A DNA stretch of 61,990 bases, the filler included. It is 6 parts of 6 records of this genome, joined end to end, with 100 filler letters (N's around TTAATTAATTAA, not from the genome) between each part and the next. Parts side by side here need not be neighbours in the genome. Positions count along the whole stretch, not along the records: positions 1 to 25,536 come from DRR723986_2940; 5 more parts are not named here. The stretch is one strand, 5' to 3'. A program made the position numbers and the translations under genes. Position 1 is the first letter of the stretch. Each line of letters opens with the position of its first letter. Positions 1-10,068 of the stretch are shown in pieces. Under the pieces are notes generated by a model that worked only from the letters and a program-made list of their open reading frames with translations, was not told the DNA's origin and did not search any database.

Positions 1-792
1 GTGCAGGTGGTGCGGACCGGCCCAGATATAGACCGCAACCAGAGCCCAGAAGTGCACGATGCTCAGGCGATAGGAGTAGACCGGCCGCTCCGCCTGCTTG
101 GGCACGAAGTAGTACATCATGCCGAGGAAACCCGCAGTCAGGAAAAAGCCGACCGCGTTATGGCCATACCACCACTGCACCATGGCATCCACGGTGCCGG
201 CATAGGCCGAGTACGACTTGGTCATGCTGACCGGAATCGCCGCGCTGTTAAGTATGTGCAGCACCGCCACGGTGACGATGAAAGCGCCGAAGAACCAGTT
301 GGCGACGTAGATGTGGTCGGTCTTGCGCTTCATGATCGTGCCGAAGAAGACCACTGCGTAAAGCACCCAGACGATGGTGATCAGGATGTCGATCGGCCAT
401 TCCAGCTCGGCATATTCCTTGGACGACGTGAAACCCAGGGGCAGGGTAATGGCGGCTGCCACAATCACCAGCTGCCAGCCCCAGAAGGTAGCCGCAGCCA
501 GGGTGTCGGATATGAGGCGCGCCTGGCAGGTTCGCTGCACCACATAATAAGAGGTCGCAAACAGTGCGGAACCGCCGAAGGCGAAAATCACCGCATTGGT
601 GTGCAGTGGGCGCAGGCGTCCGAAGCTGGTCCATGGCAGGTCAAAGTTGAGTGCGGGCCAGGCCAGCTGGGCGGCGATCAATACGCCAACCAGCATGCCG
701 ACAATACCCCACACCACGGTCATTATCGCGAACTGGCGGACGACCTTGTAGTTATAGGTCGGATGCTCCAGGGCTGAGTTAAGCTCGCTCAT
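1..792 (-). CDS. ccoN: cbb3-type cytochrome c oxidase subunit I (3' end truncated by window edge)
   Basis: Manual translation from ATG 792: [21 protein letters not shown]...[16 protein letters not shown]...[11 protein letters not shown]...WAGPHHLH. Missing from the ORF track because it has no stop in the window. Confidence 0.97.
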   Translation of the reverse strand, partial: MSELNSALEHPTYNYKVVRQFAIMTVVWGIVGMLVGVLIAAQLAWPALNFDLPWTSFGRLRPLHTNAVIFAFGGSALFATSYYVVQRTCQARLISDTLAAATFWGWQLVIVAAAITLPLGFTSSKEYAELEWPIDILITIVWVLYAVVFFGTIMKRKTDHIYVANWFFGAFIVTVAVLHILNSAAIPVSMTKSYSAYAGTVDAMVQWWYGHNAVGFFLTAGFLGMMYYFVPKQAERPVYSYRLSIVHFWALVAVYIWAGPHHLH

Positions 793-839
793 GCTCAAAG
801 TCCATTGTCAGGTTTCAGGTCGAAATGGTTGTTCGATTT

Positions 840-1442
840 TCAGTCAGTAAACGCCGGTGCAGCACCGAAGTCCCAGAGGATGACCGAGCCAACCATCAGG
901 CAGATAAGGATGACCAGGGCGATGGCGATTACCGCGCTGGAAAACAGGAAGCCGCGCTCCTCGGGAATCCCCATCACGATAGGGATGCCGAGGTACAACA
1001 GGTACACGGACCAGCTGATTGCCGCGACCCCCAGCAGCAGGTCAAGCCACAACAGTGGGTAGAATCCAGTCAGACCAGCGATAAACAGTGGCGTGGCGGT
1101 CAGGCCGGCAATGACGATACCGCGGGCCAGGGTTGACGCAGCGCCGTAGGTCTCGGACATCCAGTGAATGAAGTAGCCGATCACCGCGACACAGCTGATC
1201 ATGGCGAGGTAGAACAGGATGCTGATCTGGCGGGCTGAAGCCATGGTGAGTTTGATCGCGTCCTCGGAGTCGCCCACCGTCCAGCCCACCCGGCTGGTGC
1301 CGTAGTACCAGGCGACCGCCGGCAGGATGGCCAGGATGCAGGGGTACAGGACCAGGGTGTTGAGGGACTTTTCCGGCAGTTCCGCGATGACGCGCCATTG
1401 GGCGCTGGGCCGGGTCAGCAGCCCGAGGGTGTGTTGGATCAT
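840..1442 (-). CDS. Yip1/DUF1282 (YohC-like) inner membrane protein
   Basis: About 5 hydrophobic segments; motifs 'GLLTRPSAQW' and 'YLLYLGIPIVMGIPEERG'; ATG 1442 preceded by GGGGAGAG. Confidence 0.85.
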   Translation of the reverse strand: MIQHTLGLLTRPSAQWRVIAELPEKSLNTLVLYPCILAILPAVAWYYGTSRVGWTVGDSEDAIKLTMASARQISILFYLAMISCVAVIGYFIHWMSETYGAASTLARGIVIAGLTATPLFIAGLTGFYPLLWLDLLLGVAAISWSVYLLYLGIPIVMGIPEERGFLFSSAVIAIALVILICLMVGSVILWDFGAAPAFTD

Positions 1443-1487
1443 TGGTGTTGGCTCTCCCCACAACAACGTTTTTTGTTTTGCGTGCGT

Positions 1488-1528
1488 ATTCTAGGCGTCT
1501 GGATTTACCAGACCTTGACTTGCGTCAA
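1488..1528 (-). promoter_or_regulatory. FNR-type class II promoter for the yip1-ccoN unit
   Basis: Palindrome TTGAC-TTGC-GTCAA at 1515-1528 and minus-strand -10 TAGAAT at 1493-1488; box centre about 41 nt upstream of the implied start. Confidence 0.75.
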
Positions 1529-1556
1529 GTGTACGAGTGACCGTGTTGCGGCCGAC

Positions 1557-2315
1557 TCAGCTGGACAGGTTGGCCATCGACTTCAGTCCATCTATATCCA
1601 GAATCTCGATTTCCTTGTTGTCGACCCGCAGGAGATCCATTTTCTGCATGCGGCTGAACACCCGGCTGACGGTTTCGACCGTGAGCCCGAGATAATTGCC
1701 GATGTCCACCCGCGACATGGGCAGGCGGAACTGGGTGGCACTGAGTTTGCGGCGTGCATTGCGGGTCGAGATGCTGAGAATCAGGGCCGCGACGCGCTCA
1801 TCGGCGGAATTCTTGCTGAGTAGCGTGATCAGCTGCTGGTCCTCGGTAATTTCCCGGCTCATCAGCTGGAAGAAATGGCGCTGCAGGCTCGGCATCAGGG
1901 AGCTGAGCTTTTCCAGTGAGCTGAAGGGAATTTCGCAGATAGCCGCGGTCTCCAGGGCTTTGGCGGAGGAGGCGTGCTCGTTCTTGCTGATTCCGTCCAT
2001 CCCCAGGATTTCGCCGGGGAAGTAAAAGCCGGTGACCTGCTCACGGCCATCGTCGGTGGTCTTGTAGGCTTTCAGGGCGCCGGAGCGGACCGCGTAGACG
2101 GACTGGAAGTCATCGCCCTCGCGGTACAGGTGTTGGTTCTTCTGCAGCGGCTTGCTGCGTTGGATAATGCTGTCGAGCTGGTCGATATCATCGGATTCAA
2201 GTGCCAGGGGCAGGCAAATGCTGTTCAGGCGACAGTTACCGCAGCTGACTGTGTAGTCATGGGGGCAGGGCTTGAGAGCCGCGTTGCCGCCAGTGTCGGT
2301 CAGGTGAATGGTCAT
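1557..2315 (-). CDS. fnr: FNR/ANR oxygen-sensing transcriptional regulator
   Basis: N-terminal C-x2-C-x5-C (CGNCRLNSIC), central Cys (AICEIP), recognition helix ETVSR. Confidence 0.95.
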   Translation of the reverse strand: MTIHLTDTGGNAALKPCPHDYTVSCGNCRLNSICLPLALESDDIDQLDSIIQRSKPLQKNQHLYREGDDFQSVYAVRSGALKAYKTTDDGREQVTGFYFPGEILGMDGISKNEHASSAKALETAAICEIPFSSLEKLSSLMPSLQRHFFQLMSREITEDQQLITLLSKNSADERVAALILSISTRNARRKLSATQFRLPMSRVDIGNYLGLTVETVSRVFSRMQKMDLLRVDNKEIEILDIDGLKSMANLSS

Positions 2316-2390
2316 AATCGATCCCGATGCGTCCTATGACGATCAGTATAATCCAAATTCAGGCGTTGAAATACTGCTCCAGCCTACCCC

Positions 2391-3821
2391 TTAGAGGGTG
2401 GCGGAAAAACGCGCCCCCGCGTCCTGGTTCTGGTCCAGGTAGGCGTCAAACGGCATGCAGATGTTGCGCAGGAACAGCCTGCCGCGCTGGGTAACCCTGA
2501 GGATTCCTGCGCTCTGTGAGAGCAGTCCGTCCGCCAGCATGGGTTCCAGTCTGTCCAGTTCACTGGCGAAATGCTGGTTGAAATCGATCCCGTACTGCTG
2601 GCCGCAATCGGCCATGTCCAGCTGCAAGTCGGTGATCAATGACATGATCACGTGGCGCCGCAGGCGGTCTTCGCGTTTCGCGAGACAGCCTTTTGCCAGT
2701 GGCAGCCGGCCCTGGTCCAGGGCCGCGTTATACGCCGGCAGATCGCGCTCGTTCTGGAGGTAGAAATCCCCCATCTGGCTGATGGCGGAAACCCCGAGCC
2801 CGAGCAGGTCATCGGCCATGTGCAGCGAATAACCCTGGAAATTACGCTGCAGCCTGCCTTCCGTCTGCGCCAGCGCCAGTTCGTCGTTTGGCAGGACGTA
2901 ATGATCCATGCCGATGTGCCGGTAGCCGGCGTCCTGCAGGGTCTTGGCAATGAGTTGGTGCAGCACCAGTTTCTCTTCCGGTGATGGCAGGGTCAGGCGG
3001 TCAATGGCCCGCTGGCTGGGGAAACGCTCCGGCAGGTGGGCATAGTTGTAGCAGGCAATCCGGTCAGGACGCAGGGCCACGACCTGCTTGAGGGTCTCCG
3101 CCATGCTGAAGCGGTCCTGGTGGGGCAGGCCGTAAATCAGGTCAAAACTCAGTGAGCGGAAATTATGATTGCGGATCGTATCGACCAGGCCGGCGACGTC
3201 CCTGAACGGCTGGATACGATTGATAGCGTGTTGCACCCTCTGGTCAAAGTCCTGGATTCCCAGGCTGATCCGGTTGAAACCGACGCCCTTCAGCAGGGCG
3301 ATCGTGCTACCAGTTACCGTGCGCGGGTCGATCTCGATCGAATACTCGCGGTAGCCTTTGTCCAGTAGCTGGAAGTGGCTGGCCAGTGCGTGCATCAACT
3401 CGGTAATTTCCGCCGCATCAAGATAGGTCGGGGTGCCGCCGCCCCAGTGCATCTGGGTTATTGGCCGCTGTTGCCCTACCAGTTGTGACTGCAGTTCAAT
3501 TTCAGCCAGCAGCCGCTGCAGATAATCAGCAGCGGAGCCTGCCTTGCGGGTGACAATCTTGTTGCAGGCGCAGTAATAACAAATGTCGTGGCAGAAGGGC
3601 AGGTGCAGGTAGAGTGACAAGGGTGCCCGGTTGTTCGCCGCGTTGCCTTGCTGCCAGTCGAGGTATTGCTGCAGCGGGAAGTCATCCCGAAACTGGGGCG
3701 CGGTGGGGTATGAGGTGTAGCGGGGTCCCTGGCAGGCGTACTTGCTGGCAAGCGCTATATCCTCCCGCCACTCGGCAGGTATCTCTCGCGCTACCGGCGC
3801 TTCGCTCAGGGGAATATTCAT
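2391..3821 (-). CDS. hemN: Oxygen-independent coproporphyrinogen III oxidase
   Basis: GPRYTSYPT, radical-SAM CHDICYYC, HWGGGTPT, GMDH, RNFQGY. Confidence 0.96.
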   Translation of the reverse strand: MNIPLSEAPVAREIPAEWREDIALASKYACQGPRYTSYPTAPQFRDDFPLQQYLDWQQGNAANNRAPLSLYLHLPFCHDICYYCACNKIVTRKAGSAADYLQRLLAEIELQSQLVGQQRPITQMHWGGGTPTYLDAAEITELMHALASHFQLLDKGYREYSIEIDPRTVTGSTIALLKGVGFNRISLGIQDFDQRVQHAINRIQPFRDVAGLVDTIRNHNFRSLSFDLIYGLPHQDRFSMAETLKQVVALRPDRIACYNYAHLPERFPSQRAIDRLTLPSPEEKLVLHQLIAKTLQDAGYRHIGMDHYVLPNDELALAQTEGRLQRNFQGYSLHMADDLLGLGVSAISQMGDFYLQNERDLPAYNAALDQGRLPLAKGCLAKREDRLRRHVIMSLITDLQLDMADCGQQYGIDFNQHFASELDRLEPMLADGLLSQSAGILRVTQRGRLFLRNICMPFDAYLDQNQDAGARFSATL

Positions 3822-3854
3822 CTACAACCACATGCCAGAAAAAACCAGGGTTCA

Positions 3855-3896
3855 AGCCTAGCAGCCCGCGCTCCAGCCAGCGTTGATCCACATCAA
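3855..3896 (-). promoter_or_regulatory. FNR box and -10 for hemN-fnr
   Basis: Perfect consensus TTGAT-CCAC-ATCAA at 3883-3896; minus-strand TAGGCT at 3860-3855 places the box at about -41.5. Confidence 0.88.
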
Positions 3897-3917
3897 GGGG
3901 GGATGGAGGGCCCGGGA

Positions 3918-5102
3918 TTAACCCAGGGAAGCGACACTTTTCAGTACCAGTCTTACCAGTTCGGCCTGGCGCGACACGCCGGTCTTGGCGAAGATGGATT
4001 TGAGCTGTGCGCGGGCCGTGTGCTGGGAAATATTCTGGGCCTCGGATACGTCGGCAAGGCTCAATCCTCGCGATAGCAGGATCGCCAGGTTGGCTTCTGC
4101 CGGCGTCAGCTCGAACAGTTCCCCCAGGGTGGCCTGGGATGCCGATTCCCGCAGATCGGGGTCGCTGATAAACACGGCTGCGCAGGGGCTGGCCTCGCCC
4201 TCGCCCCATTCTGACGCCGGGACCGGCCGGACCACCAGACCGAGGTCAGAGCGGCCGCTGGAGCGCGGCACGCGCAGCGCCCGGACGACTGCGCTCTCGC
4301 CTCGCTGTTGGGCGCTGACAATCGTCTCTACCGCCTGCTGCAAGGTCCGGTTCATGTCCCGGCCCTCGACGTGCAAGCGTTCGCCCCGCAGGCTGAGGCC
4401 ATCCGCCTGCTCCAGCAGCGCGCGGGCCACGGCATTGGTGTTCTGCAGGCGCCCCTTCTCGTCGAGGATGATGGTGGCCACTGCCAGCTGGTCTACCGCC
4501 CCGGCGTACAGGTCGCGCTCCGAGGTAGTCCGCGACAGGCGGGCATAAATGCGCAGCGCCCGTTGCAGGTGGGGTGTGATCGATTCCACGAGCTTGCGTT
4601 CGCGGCTGGTGAAACCCGCTTCCCCGGGTCGCCGTGAAATCCGCAGCCGGGCCAGCATGCCGTCCGGTTCCTGGGTGTCAACGCCCATGATATGGAACAG
4701 GCCGACGGGCTCCAGGTAGTGGGTGTAATAGTCGGAAGCCAGCAGCTGGTCGCCAGGCAGTAGATCTTCCAGGGTAACCACCGTGTCCAGTGGCAGGTTG
4801 ACGAAGGGGTCCAGGGCAAAAAACTGCTCCCGGTAGGCGGTGAGTTCCCAGTCACTGGGATCCCCTACCGAGGGTTCCTCTTTGCCTGTGTCGTTGGCGG
4901 GCCGCAGGCTATTCAATATAACCCCGCGGTCGCCTGCTGCCGGTGGTCGCAACATCAGGGATACCACCTGTGCGTCGAGTAAATCGCGCAGCAGCGGCAG
5001 GGCACTTTGCCAGGGGCGCGGTTCCAGTGCTCCCTCATACAAGAGCCCGATCAGGCTGTCGAGTTGCGCCTGGTCAGGGGCGCGATCCGGTCTCGCTGAC
5101 AT
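3918..5102 (-). CDS. LuxR-type C-terminal HTH regulator with GAF/PAS-like sensor region (TeiR/TesR-like)
   Basis: C-terminal 'FELTPAEANLAILLSRGLSL...TARAQLKSIFAKTGVSRQAELVRL'; length and motifs resemble Comamonas TeiR/TesR as recalled. Confidence 0.8.
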   Translation of the reverse strand: MSARPDRAPDQAQLDSLIGLLYEGALEPRPWQSALPLLRDLLDAQVVSLMLRPPAAGDRGVILNSLRPANDTGKEEPSVGDPSDWELTAYREQFFALDPFVNLPLDTVVTLEDLLPGDQLLASDYYTHYLEPVGLFHIMGVDTQEPDGMLARLRISRRPGEAGFTSRERKLVESITPHLQRALRIYARLSRTTSERDLYAGAVDQLAVATIILDEKGRLQNTNAVARALLEQADGLSLRGERLHVEGRDMNRTLQQAVETIVSAQQRGESAVVRALRVPRSSGRSDLGLVVRPVPASEWGEGEASPCAAVFISDPDLRESASQATLGELFELTPAEANLAILLSRGLSLADVSEAQNISQHTARAQLKSIFAKTGVSRQAELVRLVLKSVASLG

Positions 5103-5116
5103 ACCGTCAGTGTGCC

Positions 5117-8100
5117 TCAGGTCCGGATGGAGGAGAGGTCGGCGGTAACATCGGACAGCAACTTCGGCCGCCCCACACCCCAGCCCTGCAGGTAGTCGAC
5201 ACCGATTTTCCGCAGGCAGCCGATGATCTCATCATTTTCTACCGATTCTGCGATGGTTTCCTGGCCCAGGAAGTGGGCGAGATCATTGATCGAGCGCGCC
5301 ATCGCATAGTCGCTGCGGCTGCGGTGGATATTGGTGACAAAGGTGCCGTCTATCTTGACGTAGTCAACAGGCAGTTCGCGCAGGTAGTTGTGGCTGGCCA
5401 GCCCGGTACCAAAATCGTCAATAGAGAATTTGCAGCCGATATTGCGCAAGGTGCGCACGAAGTCGGCCGCCTTGACCAGGTTTGAAATCGTTCCGGCCTC
5501 GGTGATTTCAAAGCAGAGTTTGCTGGTGCCCACCCCGTACTCGGAAATCTGCTCAAGGAGATAGTCCATGAAACTGTCGTCGGTTACGCTGTGTCCAGAC
5601 AGGTTGATAGCCAGGTTGGGAATCACCTTCTGTGCATCCACCAGCTGGCTGATCCAGACGAAGGCCTCCTTCACGACCCAACGATCGACCAGGCTCATGA
5701 AGCCGTAGCGCTCTGCGGACACAATAAAGTCTTCCGGCGAGCCCAGTGACCCGTCCTTGGCGGTGAGGCTCAATAGTAGCTCGTAGTGACGCGATTCCTG
5801 TCCGCTACCATCGATTGAACTCTGCACAATGGGTTGCGCACGGAGCACGAATCGGTCCGTGGCGAGAGCCTGTTCCAGGTCCTGGCGAGAGCGCTGTTGC
5901 TCGGCTTTGTGCTGGACGATCTTCTCCTGGTCCTCGTTGTACTCCACAACCCGGTTGCGGCCCTGCTCCTTGGCCAGGCGCATGGCGCCGCGGGCAGCGC
6001 CCAGAACCTCGTCGACGTTGTTGCTGTAGTCCCGTATCGGGGCCACACCAACGGATACGGTGAAAGTGACTTTCTCGCCGTCGATGTCCACATTGCTGGC
6101 TGCGATGTCGGAGCGCACCTTCTCGGCAAACTCCACCGCCTTTTCCAGGGGTCGGTCCAGCAGCAGGATGCCGAACTCGTCGCCGCCGAGGCGCGCAGAC
6201 GAGGTTTTCTTGCCGTGGAGCTGGGTCAGCAGTTTGGCGAATTCCAGCAGCACCTGGTCGCCGTTGACCCGGTCATAAACGTCGTTCACCAGGCTGAACT
6301 GATCGATGTTCACGTACAGCACGGCGTGTTGGGAGCCACGGCGATGGGCGTGGCGAAGGGCGGCTTTCAGCTGCTCCACAAAGCTCCCGCGGTTGATCAG
6401 CTTGGTCAGCGTGTCGTGATTGCGGGCAAAACTCAGGGTTTTCTGTACATGCTCCAGGGTGCCGTACATGCTTCGGTCGACTACCGGCAGGCCGTCCGCC
6501 GGCGCCGGTGGCTGGACCCCGCGACTGAGCTGGCGGGCCAGTTGCACCGCGCTTAGTTCCGCGTTTTTCTGTCCGCGCTCATTGACGAAAACGAAGCGGT
6601 CCTTGTCCTCGCTCACCCAGGCAAGCTGCATGCGCCGTTTCTCCCCGGCCTTATCCCGGTAGGAGAGCCAGCTTCCCTGTTCGAGCTGCTCGACCCGGCG
6701 CACCCAGCGGCGCAGGCGGGGTAATTTCTCGATCTTCTCGCGGCGCTGCTCCGGGCTCAGTTCGGTAGCTACTTCCGGGGTAATGGCCTGGGTTGCCACC
6801 GGCCGCGTCCCGGCCACGGTCTCCCGGAGCTCTCGCAGCACCTCCACATGGGCCATGCTGGCGGGCGAAGCGCCGTTAATCTGCTGCTCAAGCTTGTCAA
6901 TGATCGAGCCCGCTTCCGCGTTGCGCTGTGCCAGTTGCTCAGGCTGGACATTGCCGCGTATCTGCTGATTGAGCCACAGGGCAACGGTGTCGAGCGTGTT
7001 TACCTGTTCCTGCCAGGCATCACTGCCTGGACCCTCCTTGACGTGGGTTAGTACCAGCAGGTCGCGCAAGCCGGCCCTGGCCAGGTCGGCCAGCACCTTG
7101 GGCGTCGAGGGTGGCTTGATCCGGGCATTGAGCACCCGGTCTACCTCGCGCTGAGCGCGGGACAGCTTTTCCTGGCCCTGCTGGGTGCTGACGAGCCGGT
7201 CCACGTTCCGCTGGTGGGCTTTTTCCTGCTGGTCGACCAGCTGGTCAATTCTGGTGAGCGCCTGGTCGAAAACTGAACTGTCCTCGTCATAGTTTTTGAC
7301 GATGTCATCGACGATTTCGCTGACCCGACCCTCCAGCGCCTTGTTGGGAAAATTGGCCGAGGACGACAGTTTTGATAGCTTGTCCAGCACCGCCCGCGCC
7401 GCATGGCCGCGGTCCAGGAAGAAGCCCGGTTCGTTCAGTGCCAGTTTGGCCAACGGAATCTGCAGGTCACCAATGGCTGGCTTGAGTTCCCGGGTTACAT
7501 CCAGCTGCGACCGGATCGTGCCAAACAGGTTGTCCACCAGGTCCAGTTGGTTCAGCGATTCTGCTGCCAGCCCGGAGGTGCCCTCAAGGCCGCCGATCTC
7601 CGCAGCATGCGCTGCGAGATATTCGCGCAGTGAATGACCCTGCTGGACCGCAGCACGCACCGCAGCATCCTGCTGTAACTGGCCAAGGGCCCGCGCGATT
7701 ACCCGGGGATCCGCGAGCTTACCCATGGCCGCAGGATCCACACCCTCGGCACCGGCAGCAGCACTTTGTGCCGAGTTCGAAAGGCCCTCGGCCTCGCGCC
7801 GGAAATTCAGTGCATCGATCACTGAGCGGTACAGATCGTCGGGGCTGACGTTCCTGCCGACCCGGTCGGCTGGGCTCTCGCTGACCTTGTCGCTGGCGCC
7901 CTGTTTCGCTTGCGGGCCGTCTTTTGGCTGCAGAAGATTTGGCGCTGACGTGGCTTTGCCGAGCTCCGGGCCATCGGCTTTGCCGACCGTCTCAGTGCGC
8001 GAGCCGACCGCTGCTTTGGTTTCTCTGGCCGCGGGAGAGGAGGGAGGTCTGGGTTCTGTGGCCGGTTTGCGTATCGCTTTGGGTCGCTGCAGCAGGGATC

Positions 8101-9082
8101 CCTTGTTGGCGATCTCCGCTTCGATATTTGGTCGCACGCCGCGCGCTGCCAGTTCGCTATTAAGCACGCCGTAGTAGCTATCAAGCTCTCTGACGAATCG
8201 GCGCTCGAAGAAAGTGAAAATATCCCGGACCACCGCATGCGGTATCCCATGACCATCCAGCGAGCGATGGAATGCGCGGCACATGGGTGCGACATGGATC
8301 GGCAGGCGAATACTCAGCGGGTCCGTGTCCAACAGGGTCGCGGTGCGGATGATCAGTGCTTCCAGTGCCACCTGCTGTTTTTCCTCGCCAATGGCAATCA
8401 TGCGGTCGATCGCGAGGTAATCCTCGAATTCGTTGATATCGACAAGGTCGAGTTCGCCCTTCGCTCGTGTATTCAATCCGGGCTGGGCCTGCTGATCCGG
8501 GGTCAGGTCGGCAAACAGTTCCTCGATCCTGCCACTGAACCTGGCAATGATGTCTCGGCCACTGCGTTTAAAAACATTCATTGCCTCATAGTGAACGTTG
8601 TGTCCGGAGGAGCTGGACTTGCTGGTCGCCGACAGGTCCAGCAGATGATCGACCAGGCCGGCATTGAACTGCTGCAGTTTGTCCCGCAGCAGGTGCAGGC
8701 AGCGATCCTGCAGCCAGGCGAGGCTGTCGTTAGAATCCCGCGGCGCCGGCCTGGCTTCAGGCGCGGGCTTGCTTGTCAGCCGTTGGGCCAGGGCGTTCAT
8801 TACTCCGGTCGGTGCAGCGGGATCGAGGCTGAGGACGACCGCGTCGTTCGCGGATTTGCCAACGCGCGCCGGCAGTGGCTGGGGTTTGCCGGCGGCGTTG
8901 TTTACGCCTTCGCAGTAGAGGGTGATTGTCTGGTTTGGCGGTGGAGGCTGGGCGATATCGTCATAGGGCAGAAAAGCCAGGCCGCCATCATGAGCGCGCT
9001 GCAGGCGGCCATCGACGCGGACCTTGCCCGGGAGCAGGATTATCGCCTTGATCGTCGCATGCTGTGCTGACTGTTCAGCCAT
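5117..9082 (-). CDS. DUF1631-GGDEF-EAL c-di-GMP signalling protein
   Basis: RLGGDEF intact; EAL domain with ELL, INLS, FEITE, DDFGTG, KIDG, QGW; DUF1631-like 'LQIPLAKLAL...FFLDRGHAAR'; start taken at ATG 9082. Confidence 0.85.
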   Translation of the reverse strand: MAEQSAQHATIKAIILLPGKVRVDGRLQRAHDGGLAFLPYDDIAQPPPPNQTITLYCEGVNNAAGKPQPLPARVGKSANDAVVLSLDPAAPTGVMNALAQRLTSKPAPEARPAPRDSNDSLAWLQDRCLHLLRDKLQQFNAGLVDHLLDLSATSKSSSSGHNVHYEAMNVFKRSGRDIIARFSGRIEELFADLTPDQQAQPGLNTRAKGELDLVDINEFEDYLAIDRMIAIGEEKQQVALEALIIRTATLLDTDPLSIRLPIHVAPMCRAFHRSLDGHGIPHAVVRDIFTFFERRFVRELDSYYGVLNSELAARGVRPNIEAEIANKGSLLQRPKAIRKPATEPRPPSSPAARETKAAVGSRTETVGKADGPELGKATSAPNLLQPKDGPQAKQGASDKVSESPADRVGRNVSPDDLYRSVIDALNFRREAEGLSNSAQSAAAGAEGVDPAAMGKLADPRVIARALGQLQQDAAVRAAVQQGHSLREYLAAHAAEIGGLEGTSGLAAESLNQLDLVDNLFGTIRSQLDVTRELKPAIGDLQIPLAKLALNEPGFFLDRGHAARAVLDKLSKLSSSANFPNKALEGRVSEIVDDIVKNYDEDSSVFDQALTRIDQLVDQQEKAHQRNVDRLVSTQQGQEKLSRAQREVDRVLNARIKPPSTPKVLADLARAGLRDLLVLTHVKEGPGSDAWQEQVNTLDTVALWLNQQIRGNVQPEQLAQRNAEAGSIIDKLEQQINGASPASMAHVEVLRELRETVAGTRPVATQAITPEVATELSPEQRREKIEKLPRLRRWVRRVEQLEQGSWLSYRDKAGEKRRMQLAWVSEDKDRFVFVNERGQKNAELSAVQLARQLSRGVQPPAPADGLPVVDRSMYGTLEHVQKTLSFARNHDTLTKLINRGSFVEQLKAALRHAHRRGSQHAVLYVNIDQFSLVNDVYDRVNGDQVLLEFAKLLTQLHGKKTSSARLGGDEFGILLLDRPLEKAVEFAEKVRSDIAASNVDIDGEKVTFTVSVGVAPIRDYSNNVDEVLGAARGAMRLAKEQGRNRVVEYNEDQEKIVQHKAEQQRSRQDLEQALATDRFVLRAQPIVQSSIDGSGQESRHYELLLSLTAKDGSLGSPEDFIVSAERYGFMSLVDRWVVKEAFVWISQLVDAQKVIPNLAINLSGHSVTDDSFMDYLLEQISEYGVGTSKLCFEITEAGTISNLVKAADFVRTLRNIGCKFSIDDFGTGLASHNYLRELPVDYVKIDGTFVTNIHRSRSDYAMARSINDLAHFLGQETIAESVENDEIIGCLRKIGVDYLQGWGVGRPKLLSDVTADLSSIRT

Positions 9083-9294
9083 CGGGTCCCCGGTTGCGGA
9101 TTGTTTTTTTACCTTGGGATGCAGTCGCGACACGGTGCCGCCGCCACGTGTCGAAAGTATACCCCGATGCCCCCTTCGAACAAGCCGGGAAGAGCCGCAA
9201 ACGGGGCAATTTCCGCTACTTGCCTCCGTCTTGAGAGCGCCGTGGCATCAGTTCCCGGCGAGGCGCCTGCAGGCTGGCTGCGCGGGCAGGCTGC

Positions 9295-10068
9295 TCAATC
9301 GGTGTTCGCTGCCCCCAAAAATGCCGGCTTCTCGCCGCCGCCGTGCACCGCAAAACTGGTACCGCTGACGTAGGAGGCCAATGGGGACGCGAGAAACAGG
9401 CAGGCGTTGCCGACATCCACCGGTTGCGCCATTCGCCCCATGGGGATGGTTGCCCCCACGGCGGCAATGCCCTCGGCATCGCCGTAATGCAAGTGCGCCT
9501 GCTCGGTCTCGGTAAGGCCGACAATCACGGCGTTTACCCGGACTTTTGGCGCCCATTCGACGGCCAGCGACGCTCCCAGGTTGACCAGTCCGGCCTTGGC
9601 GGCACCATAGGCTGCCGTGCCGGGGGAGGGTCGCAAGGTGCTGACGCTGGCAATGTTGATGATCGCCCCACCTTCCGCCTGCTGCTGCATCACGCTGTTC
9701 GCCGCCTGGCTGAAGTTGAGCGGCGCGATGAGATTGAGCCGGATGATGGCTTCGGAAAAGCGCGGAGATGCCGTTGCGGCGTCCGCTGGCGGGGCACCGC
9801 CGGCATTGTTGACCAGTACATCGAGGCGTCCGAAACGTTCGCCCGCTAGCGCGACACAGGATTGCACCTGATCCACATCGCGCACATCGCAGGGGGTGAA
9901 TACCGCGGTGTTGCCCCCGCTGGCAGGCAAGGTGTCGGGCTCGCTGCGGCCACAGATCAGCACCGTCGCGCCCGCCGCCAGAAAGCGCTCACTGATCCCC
10001 CTGCCGATGCCTTTGCCACCTCCGGTAACCAGTACCACCTTGCCACTGAAGTCCAGGGGATTTTCCAT
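9295..10068 (-). CDS. Short-chain dehydrogenase/reductase (similar to steroid C/D-ring-cluster SDRs)
   Basis: TGGGKGIG, NNAG, YGAAK; ATG 10068 with GGAG upstream. Confidence 0.9.
   Translation of the reverse strand: MENPLDFSGKVVLVTGGGKGIGRGISERFLAAGATVLICGRSEPDTLPASGGNTAVFTPCDVRDVDQVQSCVALAGERFGRLDVLVNNAGGAPPADAATASPRFSEAIIRLNLIAPLNFSQAANSVMQQQAEGGAIINIASVSTLRPSPGTAAYGAAKAGLVNLGASLAVEWAPKVRVNAVIVGLTETEQAHLHYGDAEGIAAVGATIPMGRMAQPVDVGNACLFLASPLASYVSGTSFAVHGGGEKPAFLGAANTD

Noticed and set aside
1-777. 258-aa plus-strand ORF and other long shadow ORFs (14639-15751, 19167-20216, 34941-36533, 42542-43513, 54320-55264, 58120-59118)
   Set aside because: Antisense shadows of well-supported genes, expected in high-GC DNA; no motifs of their own.
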